The position numbers and the translations under genes were made by a program. Positions 48,979-57,813 of a stretch of DNA of 64,000 bases are shown one piece after another. The notes under the pieces were generated by a model. It was not told the DNA's origin. It saw only the letters and a program-made list of their open reading frames with translations, and made no database searches. How positions within the stretch are numbered: position 1 is the stretch's first letter; each line of letters starts with the position of its first letter. This DNA comes from an uncultured Verrucomicrobiae bacterium (GTDB lineage: Bacteria; Verrucomicrobiota; Verrucomicrobiia; Limisphaerales; Palsa-1400), in assembly GCA_963707025.1 (NCBI GenBank), contig CAVPOM010000018.1, forward strand, positions 544,001-608,000, given 5' to 3'.

Positions 48979-49571
48979 ATGTCTCCGGTAACGCATTTGC
49001 TGGCCAGTTGGATCATCGCGGCCAAAACCACCGACAATCCGCGCGATTGCCGGTGGTCGCGCTGGCCGGGGTTTTGCCGGACCTGGACGGGTTGGGCATT
49101 GTGGCGGATGTGTTCAACCATCTGGTCCGGCACAAGGAGACGGCCTGCTACCAGGATTTTCATCACTTTCTGATGCACGGAGCCTTGGGGGCGGCGGTGG
49201 TTTCGGCCGCGCTGGCCTGCTTTGCCCGGCGGCGCGGGCGGGTGGCGATTTTAGCGCTGCTTGTCTATCATTTGCACTTGTTGTGCGATTTGGTTGGGTC
49301 GCGCGGACCGGACCCGGGGGACAAGTGGCCCATTTGGTATCTCGCCCCGTTGAGCCGGCATCCGATGTGGATTTGCCCCTGGCAGTGGCGGCTGGACGGC
49401 TGGCAGAACGGCGTCATCTCCATCGTGCTTTTTGTCTGGGCCATGGCCATGACGCTGCAGCGCGGGGATTCCATCATCGGCGTTTTCAACCGGAGGGCCG
49501 ACGCGGTGTTTGTCCGGACACTCCGGGGATGGCGCCAATCATTCCGCCTCCGGTTTGAAAAACGGGAGTAA
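48979..49571 (+). CDS. Membrane-bound metal-dependent hydrolase (YdjM-like), frameshifted near 49053 (probable error)
   Basis: MSPVTH..., LPDLDG, HHFLMH, HLHLLCD. Confidence 0.8.
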
Positions 49572-50254
49572 GGGCATGTCCGGATCGCCCAGGGAAAAGA
49601 CCCGTTCGGCCAAATCGTTGAGGGCCAGGCGGGTTTTGGCGAAGCGGGTGGAGAGGGTCTCGAAAATCGCGGCCACGTCATAGCGCCGGGCCAGGCGATG
49701 GTTGCCGGCCACATGAAAATTGATGCGGCCCAATTCCTCATAATAACTCAGATCCGGACAGGCCCGGCGCTCGGCCCGGTGGCGGATGCTCTCCGGGAAA
49801 ACACCGGAGAGGAACAGGGAATGATTGCCGATATGCGCGCGAATATAAAAGGCGGTGCGGTCATCGGCGGTTTGCAGCGCCGCCAGCATTTCAAAAAAAT
49901 AATCCAGCGGGCCTGCCTGCCCGGGGGCGACCAGCCGCTGCGCTCGGCGCGGGAGAATTCCGCCAGCAACTCGGCCACGTAATCCGCCACCGGCCGGTCC
50001 GCAATGCCCGATTCGCGCAGGACATGGCGCACCAGCACGTAAAAATAGAAATGACTGGAGACCCGCAGGCAGCCGCGTTGTTCCAGCAGCGCGTGAAACA
50101 GGGCGTCGTTATCCAGTATCAAATCGCGCGTTTCCAGATCGCCCAGCAGCGCGGTCAGCGAAGGCGCGCCGCCCTTGTCTCCCAGCACGGCCAGGATGAA
50201 AGCAACGTCTTCCGCGGTGAATTGCACCCGGCAGTTGGCTTGGATCACATTCAT
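49539..50254 (-). CDS. Conserved hypothetical protein, frameshifted near 49900-49940
   Basis: MNVIQANCRVQFT...VADYVAELL and DYFFEML...HIGNHSLFLSGVFP...YYE read as two halves of one protein. Confidence 0.7.
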
Positions 50255-50338
50255 AAAAGCAGGCGCAGCATAATCAGTTCCAACCCGCCCTGCGACTTTG
50301 CAGTTTCAAGATAAACCATCCGGGCCTAAAGTCCATTT

Positions 50339-51211
50339 GTGGATGCAGACAATCGCATTATCCCGGCCCGGTCCCGCAGAGAGGTGATGGATTGGGGCCT
50401 GGTTCTGGCCAGCCAGGATATTGAAGCCATGATCGTGCGAACCGAGCCAGGCTGGGGGTTGGCGGTCGGAGAGCTTGATTTTGAGCGGGCCCAAGCCGTC
50501 CTCCGGCAATACCGGGTGGAAAATCGCGGCTGGCGCTGGAAACAACAGCTTCCCGGTTCGGGCCTGGTCTTTCACTGGGGCGCGCTCGTCTGGGTGGCGG
50601 CCATGGCGGCGTTTTATTATTGGACGATGGTGGCCTTTCCCGACTTGCAAGAGGCGGGAAAGATGGACAACCGCCTCGTGGCGGCAGGCCAATGGTGGCG
50701 TCTTTTTACCGCCATCACCCTGCACGAAAATCTGCCGCACTTGGCCGCCAATGCCGTCACGGGGCTTTTGTTGCTGGGACTGGCCATGGCCCGTTTCGGG
50801 CCGGGAGTGGCAATGCTGGCGGCATTTCTTGCCGGAGCGGCGGGCAATGGCGTGGGCCTGTTGGTCCATTCAGACGCCAGTCGAAGTCTTGGGGCGTCGG
50901 GCATGGTCACGGGAGCCTTGGGGTTGCTCTCCGTTCATTCTTTCTCACTTTGGAGAAAATATCGCGCGGCGCGGGGTTTGATGGTGCGCGGCGCGGTGGC
51001 CGGCTTCCTCATCCTGGTATTGATCGGGTTCGCGCCGGGATCGGACTTCGCGGCCCACATCGGCGGCTTTCTGGCCGGGGCCGCCATCGGCCTGGCTTTC
51101 AACGCGGTCCGACCGGCCGTCTGGCAAGGCGGCTGGCTCAATGTGGCCGGCGCCCTGGCGCTGGCCGCGCTGCTCACCATCACCTGGCGCCAGGCCTTGG
51201 CCGGCTCCTGA
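50339..51211 (+). CDS. Rhomboid family intramembrane serine protease
   Basis: WWRLFTA..LH, LGASG, AHIGGF. Confidence 0.9.
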   Translation: MDADNRIIPARSRREVMDWGLVLASQDIEAMIVRTEPGWGLAVGELDFERAQAVLRQYRVENRGWRWKQQLPGSGLVFHWGALVWVAAMAAFYYWTMVAFPDLQEAGKMDNRLVAAGQWWRLFTAITLHENLPHLAANAVTGLLLLGLAMARFGPGVAMLAAFLAGAAGNGVGLLVHSDASRSLGASGMVTGALGLLSVHSFSLWRKYRAARGLMVRGAVAGFLILVLIGFAPGSDFAAHIGGFLAGAAIGLAFNAVRPAVWQGGWLNVAGALALAALLTITWRQALAGS

Positions 51212-51260
51212 GTCCTGCGCCGGGCCAACTCACCGATCCGTCCGGTTGCCACCGCCGCCG

Positions 51261-51635
51261 TTATGGCAGCACATGGACCGTCGGGTCAATCTGGCAAGTC
51301 GGCGAGGTCTGGCAGTTGTTCAGGATGTAACTGGTGGCAAACGACTGGCCCGGATCAACCGGGCAAATGGGCAGCTCCCCATTGCCGCGCCCGATGTAGG
51401 GCTGGAGATTGGAAGCGACGGGAATGGTCGTTCCCAAGGCTCCGGTTTCCAGCGCCCATTCCTGTTGGGCGGCATCAATCATCCGCAGGTTGTCTATGCA
51501 CAGTTTGGTTTGAGAGGTCGCGCGTGCGTGTAAGATGTTGGGAATCGCGACGGCCGCCAGTAACGCTATGATAGCGACGACAATCATTATTTCCACCAAG
51601 GTAAACCCACGCCGACCATGTTTAATGGTCTGCAT
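51261..51635 (-). CDS. Type IV pilin / pseudopilin (prepilin)
   Basis: RRG|FTLVEIMIVVAIIALLAAVAIP class III signal peptide; C-terminal Cys residues. Confidence 0.92.
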   Translation of the reverse strand: MQTIKHGRRGFTLVEIMIVVAIIALLAAVAIPNILHARATSQTKLCIDNLRMIDAAQQEWALETGALGTTIPVASNLQPYIGRGNGELPICPVDPGQSFATSYILNNCQTSPTCQIDPTVHVLP

Positions 51636-51761
51636 ACTTTATGTCATTCCATTCGCCGCCGTGAACCAGGCTGTGGGCTTGTATAGTATTAGGACATTAA
51701 TGTTCACAAATTGCCCACGGCAAGCTGCGAATTGCGCTTGTTTGGAGCGCACCAACAATAA

Positions 51762-51794
51762 AGCAGGTTCCGTTCCCAAGCAAGCTCCATCCCG
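51762..51794 (-). promoter_or_regulatory. Candidate sigma54 (-24/-12) promoter(s) for the pilin gene
   Basis: Minus strand CGGGATGGAGCTTGCT and GGGAACGGAACCTGCT, both GG-N10-GC. Confidence 0.45.
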
Positions 51795-51834
51795 GCCGCG
51801 CCCCGGAAAAAACCCTGGCCTCGCCAAACCAACC

Positions 51835-54258
51835 CTAACCACCGAACGCTGGGGACGCCGTGGACCATGGGGAAGGCCCGCACCGCTTGCCTGCGCCAAA
51901 CCAACTCCAGCACAGCCCGCAGACCATCAAGCCCAGCACGGACAGACACGCTCCCCAACGGAAGGCCAAGTCCTTGTAAACCAAGGTGATCTGGTGCCGG
52001 CCCGCCGGGGCCTCGACCGCTTGGAACGCCTCGTTGGCGCGCCATAATGGCACAGACTTGCCGTCCACGCTCGCTTTCCAATCATGATACCACGCCTGCG
52101 AAATGGATACCATGGCCGGACCGGGCGCCTCGACTTCCAGCACAATCCTGGCCGGGCTGAATTGTTGGGCGACCACCCGCGCCGCCTCCTGCCGTTGAGC
52201 GGTGATGGACGATTGCGCTTCCAGCGGCAGGTAAATGCTGGTGTGAAAGTCAATGGCGGGGTTGGCCAGTGCCTGCAAGGTCGCTTCTTCGCTGGCAAAG
52301 ACCGGCGCCTGCCCGGCCGTCAGCCACGGAATATAGGAAGGCCGCCGCACCCAGTCGAAAACTTTTCCCGGCGCAATGGTCTGGGAAACCGCCATGACAT
52401 CCTCCAATCCGGCCAGCCTGGCCTCCGCATTGATGTCAAAGAGGGAAAGAACTCTGTCAATCGGCCGCAAGTAAAGCGAGAAAAAGCCGTCCACCTTGGG
52501 CACGCCATCCAGCAGATTGCAGTTGGCCAAAAAGACCGACCGATTCAGCAAATAATTGGTCGCCATATCCGCCGCCGAATTGTAATACATCTGGTGGGCC
52601 GCGTAGGGGGACATCATGACCCGGGACTCTCCGGCCATGACCGGCCCCGTTTTAAAGATCCTTTCCAGCCCGGGCTGGTAAATGGAAGGAGCCACCGTCG
52701 GATTCTGCCAAGGCTCATGGGTCAGGACATCCAGCCAGCACATACCCAGCAAGGCCAGTCCGGTCCAGCCGCGCCAAGCCGGGCGGATGACCAGAAGATA
52801 AACCAGGCCGATTATCAAAATTAAGAAACCGGCCCGTTCCAATCCGTTGGCCGCCAGCTTCGCCCAAGGCAAGCCGCCGGCAGGCCACTGCCGGGCAAAC
52901 CAGAGGATCAGCCCAATCAGAACCAGCAGAGTGCAGCCGCAGGCCAAGTCCGGCCGCCACCAGCCCGGCCGGACCGGTTGCCAATTCTCGTATTGCCCGA
53001 TGGCCGCCGCCGCCAGCAGCGGCAGGGCGAAGATCGTGGCCAGAACAAACTTCACCGGATAACGGAACAGGCCCAAAAATGGGAAAAGATGCCGCAGCGG
53101 CGTGAACAAGAAACCCTGGTCGCCCAGCGCCAGAACCAGGCTCAGCCCCAGCACCACCCCGGGCAGCCAGACCCGCCAGGAGCGGCTGCGGCCCAGCGCC
53201 ATCACCGACAGAAAAACCGCGCCGGTCCCGGCATAATAAGAGGAGGTCCAGTGTTGATGCTCTTGCTGGATGATTTGCTGCCAGGGTGAAGTTTGGAAAA
53301 CGGGCACCAGAAAATTGGCCCAGCCGCACCCCGGCATGGACCAGGCGGAATTGCCAAACTGATTGCTCCGGTTGGAATGCAGGCTCAAATCCACGAACGG
53401 CAGCCATTGCGCCGCCGCCAGGCACAGCGCCAGGCAACCCACCCCAAAAAAACGGCGCGCCAAAATCAGGCGCGGCAACATATCGCTAAGAAAGGTAGGG
53501 CGGGCAGTCCTCTGCCCGCCGTCGGGGGCGGCGGGCAGGGGACTGCCCGCCCTACCACCCGCGGCCGATGAGGAACCAGACGCGAGAAGGGTTCCCTTGC
53601 CAAAGGAGAGCGCCGCCAGCGCGAACAGGAACAGCCAGGTCAGCAGGATGGTTTCCGGGCCGCCCGCCAGCACCTGCAACGCCGCCGCCAGCGCGGCCAG
53701 GATGATTTTGCGCCCGCCGCATTCCCAGGCCTCCTGGCCCAGCCAGATCACCCAGGGCATCAGGGCGAAGGTGGCGATATGACTGGGCCACATCAGGAAA
53801 TTGAGGGAAAGACCGTTGAAGGCAAAGAGCGTTCCGGCCACCGCCCCGCCCAAACGCGATCCGCTCCAGCGCGCCGCCAGAAAATACATGCCCAGACCCC
53901 CGAGAAAAAGATGCAGCAAACAAAAAAACGGCAGCGACCACGTCAGCGGCAACAGCAAATAGATCAACGAGGGCGGATACAGCGTCAGCGTGTTCAACTG
54001 GGCCAGAAAAGGCGTGCCGCAGCAACTGAGCGGATTCCACAGCGGCCATTCGCCCCGCCAAAAGCTCTCGCGGAAATAACCGGCGACCGGATAACTAAAA
54101 AGCCCGAAATCGCGCACCGCGAAGGTCTGCCCCCCTTGCAGCACCTCGCGGAACGGAATAAAAATCATCACCGCCAACAGCGCGGCAAACAGACCCGGCG
54201 ACCACCAGTTTTGGCCGGCGCTGGGAAGGCAAGGGGCGCATTTCACTTTTCCGGGCAT
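51835..54258 (-). CDS. YfhO-like multi-pass membrane protein (GT-C-type)
   Basis: PLWNP...G.P.LA....YP, multiple TMs, FRYPVKF, C-terminal WYHDWKASVDG...AN.AF.AV..PAG.H. Confidence 0.85.
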   Translation of the reverse strand: MPGKVKCAPCLPSAGQNWWSPGLFAALLAVMIFIPFREVLQGGQTFAVRDFGLFSYPVAGYFRESFWRGEWPLWNPLSCCGTPFLAQLNTLTLYPPSLIYLLLPLTWSLPFFCLLHLFLGGLGMYFLAARWSGSRLGGAVAGTLFAFNGLSLNFLMWPSHIATFALMPWVIWLGQEAWECGGRKIILAALAAALQVLAGGPETILLTWLFLFALAALSFGKGTLLASGSSSAAGGRAGSPLPAAPDGGQRTARPTFLSDMLPRLILARRFFGVGCLALCLAAAQWLPFVDLSLHSNRSNQFGNSAWSMPGCGWANFLVPVFQTSPWQQIIQQEHQHWTSSYYAGTGAVFLSVMALGRSRSWRVWLPGVVLGLSLVLALGDQGFLFTPLRHLFPFLGLFRYPVKFVLATIFALPLLAAAAIGQYENWQPVRPGWWRPDLACGCTLLVLIGLILWFARQWPAGGLPWAKLAANGLERAGFLILIIGLVYLLVIRPAWRGWTGLALLGMCWLDVLTHEPWQNPTVAPSIYQPGLERIFKTGPVMAGESRVMMSPYAAHQMYYNSAADMATNYLLNRSVFLANCNLLDGVPKVDGFFSLYLRPIDRVLSLFDINAEARLAGLEDVMAVSQTIAPGKVFDWVRRPSYIPWLTAGQAPVFASEEATLQALANPAIDFHTSIYLPLEAQSSITAQRQEAARVVAQQFSPARIVLEVEAPGPAMVSISQAWYHDWKASVDGKSVPLWRANEAFQAVEAPAGRHQITLVYKDLAFRWGACLSVLGLMVCGLCWSWFGAGKRCGPSPWSTASPAFGG
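53494..53556. repeat. GTAG-family REP doublet located inside the YfhO-like CDS
   Basis: GGTAGGGCGGGCAGTCCTCTGCCCGCC...GGCGGGCAGGGGACTGCCCGCCCTACC, 63 bp, homologous to 33111-33165. Confidence 0.88.
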
Positions 54259-54264
54259 CTTCTC

Positions 54265-54369
54265 CTAATCTTAATCCTAATCTAATCTTAATCCCCTCCG
54301 TGTTTTTCACGATCGAAGAGCAGATTCATTCGGCTTAAGATTAAGATTAAGATTAGGATTAGGATTAAG
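54265..54369. repeat. Inverted pair of hexamer arrays (YTAATC)n / (GATTAR)n
   Basis: 54265-54293 is complementary to 54335-54369; same unit as 5999-6046. Confidence 0.88.
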
Positions 54370-54410
54370 AAAGCCGAAAACGGCGGCGCCGGGCCAGACC
54401 GCCGGCGCTT

Positions 54411-54647
54411 TTATTGTCTTTCGTATTCACCCTTGTTGACACGTTTGAGAACGGTGAAGCCGGCTTTTTTGGCGTCGGAAATGGAAAGCGAGCGGGGCGT
54501 GTTGAAGGTGGAAAAGACCTTGCGCACGGGCCGGCGGCACGCGGGACAAACCTTCAGTTCCGCCGCGTCCAGCGGGCGGCGCAAAGTGAAGCGCCCCTGG
54601 CAGACCGGGCAATTCCCTTCGCACAATTCATATTCGTATAATGGCAT
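54411..54647 (-). CDS. FmdB family zinc-ribbon protein
   Basis: MPLYEY..C...CPVC...F...CPAC. Confidence 0.85.
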   Translation of the reverse strand: MPLYEYELCEGNCPVCQGRFTLRRPLDAAELKVCPACRRPVRKVFSTFNTPRSLSISDAKKAGFTVLKRVNKGEYERQ

Positions 54648-55019
54648 GGCTGATCCTCTTATAGCACAGGTTGCGGCCAATCGCGCTGCCATTATTATAG
54701 CACGCGCGGCCGGCCGGGGCCAACTCAGGAAAACCCCCGTTAGTATCCTGATTTGTTGCAGGGTCGAGCCTGCGCCTCGAAATCGGCGCCCTGCGCCGAC
54801 AAGACAACAACCAAATTAAGGCACGACCGGCAACGGCGGGGGCGGGTCAGACCTGTGCGCCCCAAATGACCAATTCTCAATGACCAGTTTTCAATCGTTT
54901 GAATCGCGGAAATCCTGCCCAAGGCAAAGAATCGCCAAAAAAACAGATGCGCCCCCGTCCCGCCTTCCCGTTTGGTTTTGAATGACTTTTGCGGGCAGGC
55001 GGATATACTGCCGCGCTTG

Positions 55020-57185
55020 ATGACTGGCGAAGCAACAACCCTGGCCCCGGAACACCTCCTCAACCGCGAGTTGAGCTGGCTGGAGTTCAATCATCGCGTG
55101 CTGGAGGAGGCGCTGGACCCGGCCACGCCGCTGTTGGAGCGGGTCAAGTTCTTTTGCATTTTCAGCTCCAACCTGGACGAGTTTTTCGAGGTGCGCGTCG
55201 CCGGCCTGAAACAGCAATTGGACAGCCCGGTGGTGGACCGCACGCCCGACGGCATGACGGTCACGGAAAACCTGCGGGCGGTCACCCGCCGGGTGCGCCA
55301 ACTGGTGGAGCGTCAATACAAATGCTGGCGGGAGGAATTGCGGCCCGCCCTGGCGGAACACGGCATCCGCTTCCTTGCCTTTGCCGAGCTGTCCGCCGCC
55401 GACCGCGCCTGGGTGGAAAATTTCTACCGCACCCAGGTCCGGCCGGTGCTCACGCCGCTGGGTTTGGATCCGGCCCATCCTTTTCCGCAGTTGCTCAACA
55501 AATCGCTCAACAGCATCGTGCAACTGGAAATCACGCAGGAGGGGGAAACGCGCCAGCGACTGGCGGTGGTGCAAGTGCCGCGGGTGCTGCCGCGCCTGGT
55601 CAAGCTGCCCCGGCCCGATTCTTCCGCGCAACATTATCTGTTCCTCGGCGCGGTCATCGGGCATTACCTGGCCGACCTGTTTCCCGGCACCACCATCCTC
55701 GGCTACTGGCATTTCCGCGTCACCCGCAACAGCGAGCTTTACATAGATGAAGAGGAAACGGCCAACCTGCTCAAAGCGGTTGAAAATGAACTGCTCAACC
55801 GCCGGCGCGGCGAGGCCGTGCGCCTGGAAGTCGAGTACGGCTGCCCGCTGGAAATCCGGGCCCAGCTTCTGGAAAACCTCGGACTGACCGAAGAGGACCT
55901 GTTCCTGATTGACGGGCCGGTCAACCCCATCCGCCTGAGCGCCATCACCGAAGGCGACCATTCGCCCGAACTGCGCGATCCGCCGTTTATCGCCCCGGTG
56001 GCCGCCGCGCTGCGGGAGCGTCCGGACGTTTTCGCCGCCATCCGGGAGCGGGACCTGCTGCTGCATCATCCCTACGAGAATTTCAGCAGCGTGGTGGATT
56101 TTCTCAAGCAGGCCGCCGCCGATCCCGGCGTGCTCGCGGTCAAACAAACGCTCTATCGCACGGGCGGCGACGCGCAAGTCGTCGGCGCGCTGATGGAGGC
56201 GGTGCGCAACGGCAAGCAGGTGACGGCGGTGGTCGAACTGAAGGCCCGTTTCGACGAAGCCAACAACATCCTTTGGGCCCGGCGGCTGGAGGAGGCCGGC
56301 GTGCATGTCGTCTATGGGCTGGTCGGCTGCAAAATCCACGCCAAGATGTGCCTGGTGGTGCGCAAGGACAGCGACGGCATCCGCCGTTACCTGCATCTGG
56401 GCACGGGCAATTACAACCCCGCCACGGCCCGTTTTTACAGCGACCTGAGCCTGCTGACCTGCAAACCGGCCTTCGGCGAGGACGCGACCAATCTTTTTAA
56501 TCTGCTCACCGGCATCTGCCAGTTTCAGGGAACGAAAAAGCTGCTGGTCGCCCCCTTCCAACTGCACCCGCGCATGATCGCCCTGATCGAGCGGGAAGCG
56601 GTTCATGCGAAAAAGGGCCTGCCCGCGCGCATCATCGCCAAAATGAACGCGCTGGTGGACCCGCAGATCATCGGGGCCCTCTGCCGCGCCTCCCAGGCGG
56701 GAGTGCAAATTGACTTGATCGTGCGCGGGATTTGCTGTCTGCGCCCGCGGGTCAAAGGGGTGAGCGACCGCATCACGGTGCGCAGCATCGTGGATCGTTT
56801 TCTGGAACACAGCCGCATCTTTTATTTTGAAAACGCCTGCCAACCGGAAGTTTTCGCGGGCAGCGCCGACTGGATGCCGCGCAATTTTTTCCGCCGCATC
56901 GAGGTGGTTTTCCCGGTGGAAGACGGCAATTTGCGCGAGCGCCTGCGGGGCGAATTGCTGGAAATCATCCTGCAGGACAACGAGAAGGCGCGTTTTTTGC
57001 AACGCGGCGGCTCCTACCGGCGGCTGCGCCGCCGCCCGGGCGCCCCGGCGCGCCGCAGCCAGAACGAATTCATCCACTTGGCCGAATCCCGGCCGCCGGC
57101 CGGGGCCGCCGCCGGGCAAAGCGACGGGAAGTTTCCCCGCTTTAAGCTGGCGCCCAGCCCCCTGGCCGAAGCGCCGCCGGGATAA
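55020..57185 (+). CDS. ppk1: Polyphosphate kinase 1
   Basis: NRELSWLEFN.RVL, NLDEFFEVRVAG, HHPYE, LKARFDE, KIHAK, FLEHSR, SADWMPRN. Confidence 0.97.
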   Translation: MTGEATTLAPEHLLNRELSWLEFNHRVLEEALDPATPLLERVKFFCIFSSNLDEFFEVRVAGLKQQLDSPVVDRTPDGMTVTENLRAVTRRVRQLVERQYKCWREELRPALAEHGIRFLAFAELSAADRAWVENFYRTQVRPVLTPLGLDPAHPFPQLLNKSLNSIVQLEITQEGETRQRLAVVQVPRVLPRLVKLPRPDSSAQHYLFLGAVIGHYLADLFPGTTILGYWHFRVTRNSELYIDEEETANLLKAVENELLNRRRGEAVRLEVEYGCPLEIRAQLLENLGLTEEDLFLIDGPVNPIRLSAITEGDHSPELRDPPFIAPVAAALRERPDVFAAIRERDLLLHHPYENFSSVVDFLKQAAADPGVLAVKQTLYRTGGDAQVVGALMEAVRNGKQVTAVVELKARFDEANNILWARRLEEAGVHVVYGLVGCKIHAKMCLVVRKDSDGIRRYLHLGTGNYNPATARFYSDLSLLTCKPAFGEDATNLFNLLTGICQFQGTKKLLVAPFQLHPRMIALIEREAVHAKKGLPARIIAKMNALVDPQIIGALCRASQAGVQIDLIVRGICCLRPRVKGVSDRITVRSIVDRFLEHSRIFYFENACQPEVFAGSADWMPRNFFRRIEVVFPVEDGNLRERLRGELLEIILQDNEKARFLQRGGSYRRLRRRPGAPARRSQNEFIHLAESRPPAGAAAGQSDGKFPRFKLAPSPLAEAPPG

Positions 57186-57189
57186 ACCG

Positions 57190-57813
57190 ATGTTGCGAAC
57201 CAAATTCATCCCCGCCAGCGCGCCGGCCTGCCGCCGCCTCATGGTGGTGCTGCACGGGTTGGGCGACAGCCTGGAAGGCTGGCTCTGGCTGCCCGGGGCG
57301 CTGCAACTGCCCTGGCTTAATTTCTTGCTGGTCAACGCCCCCGAGCCGTACTACGGCGGCTGGTCCTGGTACGACTTGGATTCGGGCGCGGGCCTGGCCG
57401 CGAGCCGTCAAATGCTTTTCCAATTGTTGGATGGACTCAAGGAATATCCCGCCGGTCAGATCGTGTTGTGCGGTTTTTCGCAGGGCTGCCTCATGGCGAT
57501 TGAAGCCGGGGTGCGTTATCCGCGCCGGCTGGGGGGAATCGTGGGGATCAGCGGCTACGTGCATGAGCCGGAACAGTTGATCCGGGAAATGTCGCCGGTG
57601 GCGCGCCAGCAGCGGTTTCTCCTCACCCACGGCACGCACGACCCGCTCATCGCCATCGAAAGGGCGCGCCCGCAAGTGGCCTTGTTGAAGACGGCGGGGC
57701 TGAAAATTGACTGGCGCGAATTCGTCAAAGGCCATACTGTAGCGGGCGAAGAGGAGGTGGCGGTCATTCGTCAGTTTGTCCGGGACTGTTATGCTGAGAC
57801 TGCAAAGGAGTGA
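57190..57813 (+). CDS. Phospholipase/carboxylesterase (serine esterase)
   Basis: LHGLGD, GFSQG, THGTHDP, KGH. Confidence 0.9.
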   Translation: MLRTKFIPASAPACRRLMVVLHGLGDSLEGWLWLPGALQLPWLNFLLVNAPEPYYGGWSWYDLDSGAGLAASRQMLFQLLDGLKEYPAGQIVLCGFSQGCLMAIEAGVRYPRRLGGIVGISGYVHEPEQLIREMSPVARQQRFLLTHGTHDPLIAIERARPQVALLKTAGLKIDWREFVKGHTVAGEEEVAVIRQFVRDCYAETAKE

